DNA from: a virus | IMG/VR virus record: IMGVR_UViG_3300045988_168552 | Reading direction: 5' to 3' (one strand) | DNA length: 64,000 nucleotides | Shown here: positions 50,672-59,647 of the stretch, one piece after another | Layout: each line of letters starts with the position of its first letter | Position numbering within the stretch: the first letter of the stretch is position 1 | Notes under the pieces: model-generated | What the model saw: the letters and a program-made list of their open reading frames with translations, nothing else | Told to the model about the DNA's origin: nothing | Database searches by the model: none | Position numbers and translations under genes: made by a program

Positions 50672-51292
50672 ATGCAAAGTTTAATTCCAACTCTTACAAG
50701 GTTTCTTGCAGCCATTATCGGCTTAGTGTGGTGCACACTGGAACCATCTCTTAACTACATTGCCGTATGCTTCTTCGCCCTTGTCTGCGACTGCTACACG
50801 GCGTGGCGCTGCAACTGCCGCATCTATTCCCGCTATCGTGAGGCTATCAAGAAAGACCCTCGATGCAGAATCGATGGGAAACTGAAATCTAAGAAAATGG
50901 CAAAGATGGTGAAAGATTTCTCCGTCCTCATCCTTGCGATATTCTTGGCCACGATGGTGGATACCGTCATACTCGATTTCCAAAACCCTCTCCATCTCGC
51001 CAACTATCTTGCCGCCATTTATTGTGGTGTGCAGCTCGTGAGCATCCTCGAAAACGAGAGCACCTGCAATGGGGCACCCTGGGCAAGAGTGATGCAGAAG
51101 ATTGTGGCCGATAAAACCGAAAGGCACTTCAATGTGAAGCTGAAAGACTTGATGAAGGAAGAAGAGGAGGAAACTCCATCAGCTGAGAAGAAAGATGAAG
51201 TAGAGACTACTCTGAAAGAGGATAAGAAGAAAGAAGATGATAATGACGACTGGATTCCGCAGAAACCTGCAGACCCGGTAATGGGCATGTAA
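50672..51292 (+). CDS. Holin-like membrane protein (Phage_holin_4-type pattern) with acidic C-terminal tail
   Basis: Hydrophobic helices, D..TAW in helix 2, KSKKMAKMVKDFSVLILAIFLATMVD and SILENESTCNG resemble the family signature. Confidence 0.5.
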   Translation: MQSLIPTLTRFLAAIIGLVWCTLEPSLNYIAVCFFALVCDCYTAWRCNCRIYSRYREAIKKDPRCRIDGKLKSKKMAKMVKDFSVLILAIFLATMVDTVILDFQNPLHLANYLAAIYCGVQLVSILENESTCNGAPWARVMQKIVADKTERHFNVKLKDLMKEEEEETPSAEKKDEVETTLKEDKKKEDDNDDWIPQKPADPVMGM

Positions 51293-51356
51293 TGTGCCAA
51301 TATCTCTTAATTTCTGTACGTTATCAGTTAATAATGTGTTAAAATCTCTTTGAATT

Positions 51357-51959
51357 ATGACAATATCAAATGTTTTGGAACACTGGGCTACGATATATAA
51401 GCCCTTGTCTCACGACCCGACAAGCAAGAAGCTGGAGGATCAGAGTTTCTTTCGTATTCGTGATATTGATGAGGAAAATATCTTTTCCCGTAACGCCAAT
51501 ATCATCCACTCTCCCTGTATGCTCTATCGTGTAGTTAACTCCGGAGAGTTGAAATCGGATAAGCAAGCCCTGATTACTTATCAGGTTTGTTTCCTTACCA
51601 GACTGAAAGACTCCTCTGCTACGTTGGGCAGATATGATGGCGGCAAATTGCAGGCTGCATCGGATGATCTGATGGAGTATTGCGAAGACCTTGCGTCTTA
51701 TCTCACTCAGCTTCGCCGCACAGGTATCTGTCCTATCACGGGCAGAAACTTCAAGACGGAAGAGCCTAAGTTGGGCATAGAGTTATCATCCATTGATATA
51801 GAGAGTTTTGCCTATGGTGTAAATCCTCTTTTCCGTGGTCCGAGCTGGCTCCTTGCTGATTGTTATTGGCAGACTATCCGTCCGCTCTATAATTTCCAAT
51901 GTGAAAAGGAGCAGAAATATATCATTCCTGCATCGACAGAAGACGGAAAGGAGGGATAA
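51357..51959 (+). CDS. Hypothetical protein (virion or tail-assembly region)
   Basis: 200-aa ORF upstream of the tape measure. Confidence 0.55.
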   Translation: MTISNVLEHWATIYKPLSHDPTSKKLEDQSFFRIRDIDEENIFSRNANIIHSPCMLYRVVNSGELKSDKQALITYQVCFLTRLKDSSATLGRYDGGKLQAASDDLMEYCEDLASYLTQLRRTGICPITGRNFKTEEPKLGIELSSIDIESFAYGVNPLFRGPSWLLADCYWQTIRPLYNFQCEKEQKYIIPASTEDGKEG

Positions 51960-51962
51960 GTC

Positions 51963-52517
51963 ATGCCTATCAGAACCCAACCTATTAAGTCGCCTTTTGC
52001 ACCCCTGAAAGAGGTGGCAGGTGTATATCTGAAACAAGCCCTTCTTGATATAGAAGTCAACTTCAATACCCAGAAGATTTATCCGGTAGAAGTATATCGC
52101 GGCTATGAGAAGGTGAACAAATACCGCGAGGAACACGGCATGTGGTATTCTACGGGTGAAGGTAAGAAATCCTTTGAGGGTACGGTATATCAGGCTGATG
52201 AAAAGACGGGTAATCTGATGGTAGGAATCCGTTATAACGATTATCTCCGATATGTGGATATTGGTGTAGGTTTGACGGGTGATCCTCGTGACCCTGCAGC
52301 CCATATCACTGCCGATAAGGTGGACCGCTCAAAGAAAGCCAAGTTTAAAACCCGCTACATCGGCAAGTGGGATAGAAGGGCAGGTAAATCTCACCGCCCT
52401 GCCATCATGCGAACCGTCCGCAGACTGAAAACAAGATACGAAAATCATCTTGCCGATTACTATGGCTACCAAGGCTTGTTGCAGATAATGAACGCCCTGG
52501 AAGGCAAAGACGAGTAA
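51963..52517 (+). CDS. Hypothetical protein, weakly HK97 gp10-like (tail completion or head-tail joining)
   Basis: YLRYVDIGVG ... SHRPAIM loosely matches the gp10-family Ya.yvE.G...PF.rpa pattern. Positional support only. Confidence 0.45.
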   Translation: MPIRTQPIKSPFAPLKEVAGVYLKQALLDIEVNFNTQKIYPVEVYRGYEKVNKYREEHGMWYSTGEGKKSFEGTVYQADEKTGNLMVGIRYNDYLRYVDIGVGLTGDPRDPAAHITADKVDRSKKAKFKTRYIGKWDRRAGKSHRPAIMRTVRRLKTRYENHLADYYGYQGLLQIMNALEGKDE

Positions 52518-52525
52518 CCCATCTC

Positions 52526-52550
52526 GCCCCCGTTCCTGGCGATTCCATTC
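52526..52550 (+). repeat. Dispersed hairpin element, copy 10 (3' arm degenerate; 40 nt before the tape-measure ATG)
   Basis: GCCCCCGTTCCTGGCGATTCCATTC. Confidence 0.7.
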
Positions 52551-52589
52551 TCATATCCTCAAAAAATAAACATTAAAAAATAAAAAGCA

Positions 52590-55500
52590 ATGGCAAAGAA
52601 TAAAACAGAGGCTATCATCACGCTCAACGGTCAGCAGCCGCTCCAGGTACTGAAGCAGTTGCAGGAGGCAGCAGCGGGTATATCCGACCAGATAGATGTG
52701 GCTCAGGCGAAGCTGAAAAACCTGAAGCCAAATACCGACCCATATAAAGCCCTCGATGCCACCATCAAGGATTTGAAGAAGCAGTATGATTTGCTGGCTT
52801 CTGCACAGATTAAAGATATAGCTGCCAATGAACGTTTGCAGAGTGTAGTGGACCAACTTAGTAATACTTCACTCCGCAATCTGCGCCGTGCATTGGGCGA
52901 CGGCAAACGTCAGCTTGAAGGCTTGTCAGAGGCAGAACTGGAGCAGGCTAATTCCATCCGCGCTATGATGAAGACAGTAGGCGACCAGATACGTCTGCTC
53001 GAAGGAAAGTATGTGAAGGTTAAGGAAAATTTAAAAAATGTTGGTGAGCAATCCGACCAATGGCTCAGTAAGGCTCTTACTCAGCAGAGAGAGCTTGTTT
53101 CTTCTTTAAAGAAAACATCCTCCGGCTATCAGTTTAACCTCGATATTTTAAAGCAACTGGAGGCTGAAGAGGATAGACGTAACGGCAAGATGAGTGCCAG
53201 TGAAGCTATGCTAGCCGTCGGTAATAAAAACGCTACCGCCTCCGAACTTCGCCGTGCTAGAACATCACTTACTCAGGCGAGGGATAATGTAGATACATCT
53301 GATACCGCTCTGATTAAATCTTTTAACGATGCCCTTGCTCAGATTGAGGAACGCCTGGATGCCGTATCGGGCAAGGCTCAGAAAGCAGCCATCAGTTGGC
53401 AGAAAATGCGTCAGGTATTATCTAACCCTGGTAAGGCTTCAGGCGAGGACATTAAGCGCACCATGGACGCTATTCAGCAGAAAATACAGCAACTCCCTGC
53501 TGGAAGTAAGGCTGTATCTGATTTGCGGAGACAATACGCCCAGTTGGAGCAGACTCTGAAAGGTACCCGCCTCTCGCAAGCGCAGCTCAATGATATTGTT
53601 GCCCGCAGTAAGACTGGCAAGGCAAATATCAATGAGCTGAGACAGGCTTATAAGCAACTTGAGGAGGAACTGAACTTTGTCAACACCAAGAGCGAGACAT
53701 TTGCAAACAGACAGAAGGAGCTGAAGAACCTCAAAAAGGTTATTGATGACGCAACGGGTGCAGCCAATAAGCAGAGTGGTGCGTGGAATACGGCGTTAAA
53801 GAACTTAACCGCATACGTAGGTCTGTTTGCGGTATTTAACCAGGCAAAGACTTACTTTGTTGATTTATTCCGTCTGAACATGAAGTTTATGGATCAGTTG
53901 ACGGATATTCGTAAGGTTGCGCTTTCTACTACGGATGAAATAGCAAATCTTTCTCGTGAGTTGGCAAAAATTGATACCCGTACCAGTCTTGAAGAGTTAA
54001 ACCGAATCGCTTATGCTGGTGCCAAGTTAGGTATTCAAACACAGGGTGGCACTATGGCACTCGCTGGCTTCGTCCGTGCCGCCGACCAGGTAAATGTGGC
54101 GCTTAAAGAAGATTTGGGCGAGGAAGCGCTCACGGCTTTGGCAAAGATTACTGAGGTAATGGGATTGGTTGGCAAGTATGGTGTAGAAAAAGCCATGCTG
54201 AAGACCGGTTCTGCAATCTTCCGTCTGGCATCTACATCTACCGCTACTAGTGGCAAAATTGTTGATTTCTCTAATCGTATGCTTGCCCTTGGCGAACAGG
54301 CTGCCCTTACCACGCCTGATATTCTCGCCCTTGGTTCTGCGGTAGATAGTATGGCATTGGAGCCAGAAGTTGCTGCTACTGCTTTCGGTAAACTGGTAAC
54401 TGAGTTACGAAAAGGCACAAGCCCTATTGAAAAATCCCTGGGTATTGCTACTGGAAGTTTGAAGAAGATGATCGAGAGCGGAAGAGGTATGGACGCTATT
54501 CTTACTATCTTTAGAAGAATGGGCGAAACCAAAAACGTTTTTGCTCTTGATGGATTGTTTAAAGACTTAGGCTCTGACGGTGCCCGACTCGTGAAGACGA
54601 TGGTTACGATGGCTGCCAAGAATGGTATGCTTACAAAAGCTGTTGAGGAATCCAACAAAGCTTTTAATGACGGTACGGCTGTAACGGTAGAGTATAATAT
54701 GCAGCAGGAAACCGCTATGGCTTATATGGAGCGTGCCAATAACCTTTGGGAGAAACAGTTTGTTTCGTCTAGCGCAGCGGCAGGTCCCGTTCACGATATA
54801 GCCAAGGCGTGGTTTGAGTTAACTAAGGAGTTGACTAGCAGCCTCGGTTTTATGACAGAGGTAAAATTAGCCATCGGACTTATCTTTGCTTCTGTCAAAA
54901 TGCTGCTGAATATCCTTCCTACGCTCATATCTATGCTCAGTATGGCAGGTTTGGCGGGTGCGTTTGCATACGTACTTGATTATGCTCAGAAGTTGAGTTC
55001 TGCTTCGGCCTCACTGAGCGTGGTTTGGGCTAAGATGGTTTCAACTTTCAATAAACTGTCATTAGTAAAACAGGCTGGTGTCTTCGGTGGCATAATCGGC
55101 TTGTTAGGTATTCTTGTCGTAAAGTTGGCTGAATATACGTCTTCTCTGAATCAGGCTTCAGCCGGTCAGCGTGTACTGAACGAAGTACAGGAGGAAGGTA
55201 AGCGTAGGGCAATGGAAGAGCAGGAGCAACTGAATCGTCTTCATAATGTAATGAAAGATACTTCTGCTTCTATGAAGTTGCGAATCGATGCGATGAATCA
55301 GTTGAATAGTGCTATTCCTGGACTCAATGCAAAGATTAATGCTGAAACCGGTGCTGTCAAGGAAAATACTCAGGCATGGGATGCAAACTTTACCCGCTTG
55401 CAGAAGTATTACGAACTTGAAGGTGCCCGTTCTAAGCTGGCAGAGTTGGGTCGTCAGAAGGTGGATGCAATTCTTGATTTGCAGAAAAAAGAAGATGCTT

Positions 55501-58500
55501 ACGCTAACTCGAAGGTACAGACACCTAACGGCTCCTATATTCAGACTTCCGGCGGTGCCATGATGCCTTCTCAGGTTCAGGGCGCTATCGGCCAAGCAGG
55601 TCAGAGGGCTGCGGCAAAGAGTGCTCGTGATAAGGCTCAACGCCGATTGGACGATGTTATTGCGCAGGAAAACGCATTAAGAGATAGATTCGGCGCGGAA
55701 TTGGATGTGGCAACTGGTAAAGAGACGGGAACCCCACAACATATTGATGAAACTGGGAAGGGCGGTAAAGGCTCTGCTACAACTCCTGAAGACGATGCCC
55801 GCAACAATATATCCGAGTTCATAACCAAAATCAAGAACTTCTACGAACGCCAGAAGACGGCAATGGTAGAGGAAATGACAAAGGATAATGTAGAAAAGGA
55901 GATACAGAAGCAGGTTGTTTATGACTTGGATATAAAGCTGAAATCGGCTCTCGCTGCGGCAAAGCAATCTATTGTTCTCGGTAAGAAAACCTGGGATGAT
56001 TTCAAAAAGACAATGGATAAAGACCGCAAGGAGAAGGATGATGAGTTTGGCCAGTCTCAGTCTCGTACCTTGCTGGAACAGATTAATGCTTACGATGTGT
56101 CAAAACTCCGTGCTGACCTTTTAAAGCAACTGCCTAAAATCAAGAAGGGCAAGATCGTTGGCTATAAATCCGATGAGCGGGATAGGGCATACCTCGACCG
56201 TCAATGGCTCGATGCGTCAAAGGGCGAAAACAGTAACGCCAATATCATACAGGAACGCATGGAGCAGCGCCGTAAAGAACTGCTGGAGCATGATTACACC
56301 AAAGTGGTGCAGGAAAATTCTTTCCTCGGTCTGATAAGCTCTCGCTTTGCAGATGTATCCCTCGATTCTCTTCAGAAGGACAAAAATGATGTTATCAAGG
56401 TTCTTGAAAAGGCAAGAACGCAGATGGCTGATCTTTTTGCTACTGAAGGAAAGAAAGATAACTTACTGAAATTCCTCTTTGGCGAGAATTACGAAAATAC
56501 ACCTTCCGTCTTTCTTGCGCTTTTGGATGATACGGAGGAGGACGTAAAGCTGTTCTATCAGAAACTCATCCAGTATTCTGATGAATATACTGCTGCAGAA
56601 AAGAAACATTACGATGAAGCAAAGAAGATTACTGATTTCTTGTGGAAAACCAATCAGCGCAATCTTGCCAACCAGGAAGCCCTTCGCAAGATGCAGCAGG
56701 AAAGTGCGCTCTTCGGTAAGCGAACTAATATGTGGTCTAACCTCGGTCTCGGCGACCTCACCGCCGACCCAGAGGTGGAGCTGATGAAGATGAAGATGCA
56801 GATGGCAGAAGATTATTATGCTTTCGTTTTCAAAAACTCACGCAACAAGCAGCTCCTCGATGAAGCAGACAAGGCTCGTCAGGAGGCAGAACTTGCCTAT
56901 GTCAACCAAATGGCAACGGCGATGAAGAACCGCCTCTCGCAGATGCAGCAGCTCGTGCAGCCTATCGAAACCTTCGGTTCGGAAGTAGGCAAGGCATTTG
57001 CCGAAATGCGTAACGATGTAAGCAGCGCGCAGGAAGCCATTAAGAACGCCCTGAAGTCTATGCTTGAGTCATGGGCTAATATGGCACTCAACGACGTGAA
57101 TACACAGATGTGGAAGGCTATCAACGATGCAGGAGCCAAGCGAGCTAAGAAAAGAGCGCAGCCTGATATTGATAAAGCGAGAGCCAACGCTAATGCCAAT
57201 GCCGTGAAGGAAGATTTCTCTCATCTCGGCACGAAGGCTAACCCGATGTATGTGCGACTGGTAGATGAGGGTGCAGCTTACCTTACTCCGCAACCGCAGT
57301 CTAGTTTCGAGAATATGAGTTCACGGCAGCAGCCTATCGGTTGGAATCCTGATGGCTCGCCTATCATGCCTGGCAAATCTCCTATTGCGCCTGATAACAC
57401 TCCCGTCGTGCCTTATGCGCCTACCGATACCAAGCAGCAGGGTACACCAGAGCAGCAAAACGGTGCTCCTCATGCGTGGGCACATCGCAACCGAGACAAC
57501 GCCAATGCGTTCTATCAGGATGCCGCAACGCAAACGGGTGCGGCAGCAGCCGATGCTATCGCAGGTGGCGGTTCCTGGTCCGATGTCGCAGCAGGTATCG
57601 GTGGTTCTTTCATCGGTGGTGTGATGAATACCGAGTTCAAGACTGGCGGCGGCAAATCTAAGGAAGACAAGGAGAAAGCCGAGCAACTGAAGAAGGAAAA
57701 GAAGCACCAGAAGGAACTGAGCAAAGAGGTAAAGAAGGGCAATAAGGATCGTGAGAAGGTAACTACCCAGGGCGTGAAGAACATCACTAACGTAACTGAT
57801 GCCGGAAACAAGGAGCAGACTGAGGGCACAAAGGTGGCTTTGAATGCGGGTATGGCTATGACCCAAACTGCGCTCACTGAGAACCTTAATAAAACGCAGG
57901 AAAATAACGAGGCCATCATTCAATCGGATGCGGACCGCATGCAAGCAGGAATGACCTTCTCTATCGCTGGTGCCATCGGTAAGTGTTTTGATTTCCTGGG
58001 TCCTATCGCGGGTCCTATTGCAGCCGCAGGTGTAATGGCTACCCTGATGGGCTTGCTCCAGTGGGCACTCAATTCTGCATTCAGCGGCGGCAAGAAGAAG
58101 AGTAATACCAATACCACCAACACCAAGCTTGTAACAGGCATGCTTACCTACGATAGCGGTAACGTGCAGGATTTGAAGCCATTTGTGGCTGATAATGGCG
58201 AAGTGTATTGGGCGAAGGAAGATGATGGCAAGCAGATGCAGGGTGTGAAGATGCTCACGTCTCCAACCGCCACCACCGTGAACGGTCAGCCGTCTCTCGT
58301 AGCCGAGAGAGGACCAGAAATCGTGATTGGTAGGGAAACCACCCACGCCATGATGATGAATAACCCTGGCTTGCTGAAAGCGCTCGTGAACTACGACCGC
58401 AACTATTCAGGAAGAAACTCAGCAAGAAGGGCATTTGATAATGGCAATGTGGGTGATGTTCTTGCAGCAGGCACGAAAGCAGGCAATGGTAATCTTTCGT

Positions 58501-58685
58501 CTGGCGCGTCAGCGGCAGGCGACCTGGTTACCGCAGGCATTGCAAGCAATGCGGCGCTCCTGCAAGCCGTGAATGCGCTCATTCAGCGCCTGAATGAGCC
58601 TATCAACGCCAAGATTAATATGTTTGGTCGTGGCGAGCTGTATGATAGCCTGAATAAGGCTAATCAGTTTATGAAGAATAAATAG
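52590..58685 (+). CDS. Tail tape measure protein (2031 aa)
   Basis: Very long ORF. Extensive coiled-coil N-terminal third, central Ala/Gly/Leu-rich hydrophobic segments (e.g. LAIGLIFASVKMLLNILPTLISMLSMAGLAGAFAYVL), further hydrophobic patches near the C-terminus. Confidence 0.9.
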   Translation: MAKNKTEAIITLNGQQPLQVLKQLQEAAAGISDQIDVAQAKLKNLKPNTDPYKALDATIKDLKKQYDLLASAQIKDIAANERLQSVVDQLSNTSLRNLRRALGDGKRQLEGLSEAELEQANSIRAMMKTVGDQIRLLEGKYVKVKENLKNVGEQSDQWLSKALTQQRELVSSLKKTSSGYQFNLDILKQLEAEEDRRNGKMSASEAMLAVGNKNATASELRRARTSLTQARDNVDTSDTALIKSFNDALAQIEERLDAVSGKAQKAAISWQKMRQVLSNPGKASGEDIKRTMDAIQQKIQQLPAGSKAVSDLRRQYAQLEQTLKGTRLSQAQLNDIVARSKTGKANINELRQAYKQLEEELNFVNTKSETFANRQKELKNLKKVIDDATGAANKQSGAWNTALKNLTAYVGLFAVFNQAKTYFVDLFRLNMKFMDQLTDIRKVALSTTDEIANLSRELAKIDTRTSLEELNRIAYAGAKLGIQTQGGTMALAGFVRAADQVNVALKEDLGEEALTALAKITEVMGLVGKYGVEKAMLKTGSAIFRLASTSTATSGKIVDFSNRMLALGEQAALTTPDILALGSAVDSMALEPEVAATAFGKLVTELRKGTSPIEKSLGIATGSLKKMIESGRGMDAILTIFRRMGETKNVFALDGLFKDLGSDGARLVKTMVTMAAKNGMLTKAVEESNKAFNDGTAVTVEYNMQQETAMAYMERANNLWEKQFVSSSAAAGPVHDIAKAWFELTKELTSSLGFMTEVKLAIGLIFASVKMLLNILPTLISMLSMAGLAGAFAYVLDYAQKLSSASASLSVVWAKMVSTFNKLSLVKQAGVFGGIIGLLGILVVKLAEYTSSLNQASAGQRVLNEVQEEGKRRAMEEQEQLNRLHNVMKDTSASMKLRIDAMNQLNSAIPGLNAKINAETGAVKENTQAWDANFTRLQKYYELEGARSKLAELGRQKVDAILDLQKKEDAYANSKVQTPNGSYIQTSGGAMMPSQVQGAIGQAGQRAAAKSARDKAQRRLDDVIAQENALRDRFGAELDVATGKETGTPQHIDETGKGGKGSATTPEDDARNNISEFITKIKNFYERQKTAMVEEMTKDNVEKEIQKQVVYDLDIKLKSALAAAKQSIVLGKKTWDDFKKTMDKDRKEKDDEFGQSQSRTLLEQINAYDVSKLRADLLKQLPKIKKGKIVGYKSDERDRAYLDRQWLDASKGENSNANIIQERMEQRRKELLEHDYTKVVQENSFLGLISSRFADVSLDSLQKDKNDVIKVLEKARTQMADLFATEGKKDNLLKFLFGENYENTPSVFLALLDDTEEDVKLFYQKLIQYSDEYTAAEKKHYDEAKKITDFLWKTNQRNLANQEALRKMQQESALFGKRTNMWSNLGLGDLTADPEVELMKMKMQMAEDYYAFVFKNSRNKQLLDEADKARQEAELAYVNQMATAMKNRLSQMQQLVQPIETFGSEVGKAFAEMRNDVSSAQEAIKNALKSMLESWANMALNDVNTQMWKAINDAGAKRAKKRAQPDIDKARANANANAVKEDFSHLGTKANPMYVRLVDEGAAYLTPQPQSSFENMSSRQQPIGWNPDGSPIMPGKSPIAPDNTPVVPYAPTDTKQQGTPEQQNGAPHAWAHRNRDNANAFYQDAATQTGAAAADAIAGGGSWSDVAAGIGGSFIGGVMNTEFKTGGGKSKEDKEKAEQLKKEKKHQKELSKEVKKGNKDREKVTTQGVKNITNVTDAGNKEQTEGTKVALNAGMAMTQTALTENLNKTQENNEAIIQSDADRMQAGMTFSIAGAIGKCFDFLGPIAGPIAAAGVMATLMGLLQWALNSAFSGGKKKSNTNTTNTKLVTGMLTYDSGNVQDLKPFVADNGEVYWAKEDDGKQMQGVKMLTSPTATTVNGQPSLVAERGPEIVIGRETTHAMMMNNPGLLKALVNYDRNYSGRNSARRAFDNGNVGDVLAAGTKAGNGNLSSGASAAGDLVTAGIASNAALLQAVNALIQRLNEPINAKINMFGRGELYDSLNKANQFMKNK

Positions 58686-58746
58686 AAGAAGGTTTTGTTG
58701 ATTATTAGTTGTTAGTTTTTAGGTTAATTAGTTATTTGTTTATTGA

Positions 58747-58780
58747 GGCTGTTTCGCTGTGAAGCGAGGCAGCCTTTTTT
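58747..58780 (+). terminator. Rho-independent terminator after the tape measure
   Basis: GGCTG-TTTCGCT-gtga-AGCGAGG-CAGCC followed by TTTTTT. Confidence 0.8.
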
Positions 58781-58784
58781 GTCT

Positions 58785-58815
58785 GCGGATTTCAAATCCG
58801 CAGGAACGCCTAACG
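58785..58815 (+). repeat. Second dispersed repeat family, full copy
   Basis: GCGGATTTCAAATCCGCAGGAACGCCTAACGG. Confidence 0.8.
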
Positions 58816-58826
58816 GACACAATTTC

Positions 58827-59384
58827 TTTTTGGTCCCATTTTGTGACCAAACCCATCATTTAGTGGGCTTTTGATAACTCGCTGATTTTGTGGGCTTTTT
58901 GGTCTCAAAAGCATATCTTGGTCTCATTTTTCGCCGAAATTCACTACTATATATAAAATTTTCCGTGTATTTTTTCTTTTCCCTAAAATCAAAATCCCCT
59001 AACCTCAAGCTAGAAGTTAGTAGCATTAACGGCTATGCTGTAAACATCAGACAATAAGGTAGTTATGAGGATATGAAAGAGTGGCAGCTAGCGAGAGAAA
59101 TGCAGGATTTTCTACATATTTTCTACATATTCCAAATATATTTTTGCATTCCTGCGTACATTAGTTTATAGAAATTAATTAAAAAATGAGACCAAAAATA
59201 AGAAAATCGCTGAAAAACAATCAGATAGCGAAAAATCGTAGTGGGCTAGCTGTGGGACAATGGTGGGTCAGCAGTGGGGCAAAATCCCCCATTTTCTTTA
59301 TTAGGGGACTTTAACATTTCACCCTTCAAAAATAAAATGAGACCAAAATGAGACTTTTGAGACCAAAATCGGGAGTTTGGTCCC
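58827..59384. repeat. Inverted clusters of GAGACCAAAA / TTTTGGTC(T/C)C boxes flanking an AT-rich core
   Basis: Left cluster: 58827-58836, 58897-58906, 58917-58930 (TTGGTC orientation). Right cluster: 59188-59197, 59339-59348, 59359-59368 (GAGACCAA orientation). There is one opposite-sense copy in each cluster. Direct repeat ATTTTCTACAT x2 near 59108-59133. Confidence 0.75.
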
Positions 59385-59422
59385 ATTTTTGAAAAAATGA
59401 AGTTTCGGGTGTGAAAGCTTTT

Positions 59423-59500
59423 GCCCTTACAGGGCGCATTGCTGATTGCCATTATACCCAGGGCGATGCCCTGGGCTAGGAGCTTCTGCCCCTTCAGGGC
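59423..59500. repeat. Three GC-rich hairpins (GCCCTTACAGGGC, CCCAGGGCGATGCCCTGGG, GCCCCTTCAGGGC)
   Basis: Inverted repeats at 59423-59435, 59457-59475 and 59488-59500 in otherwise AT-rich DNA. Confidence 0.7.
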
Positions 59501-59605
59501 GTGTGGGGATCACGAAAAATCCGTCTAAATATATAATATTTCTTAAAAATATAACTTATATTATATATTATATAGCTTACCTATACTCTTTTCGATTTAT
59601 TTTTG

Positions 59606-59613
59606 TATCTTTG
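59606..59613 (+). promoter_or_regulatory. -7 box TATCTTTG upstream of the primase-like gene
   Basis: TAnnTTTG match 35 nt upstream of the ATG at 59648. No clear -33 box. Confidence 0.45.
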
Positions 59614-59647
59614 CAGCAGATTTTATATAATATAATATATGTAAGGT

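Noticed and set aside
54035-58346. Antisense ORFs inside the tape measure (54035..54658, 57321..58346 and others)
   Set aside because: These are shadow ORFs of a long GC-balanced coding region. The plus frame is uninterrupted for 2031 codons.
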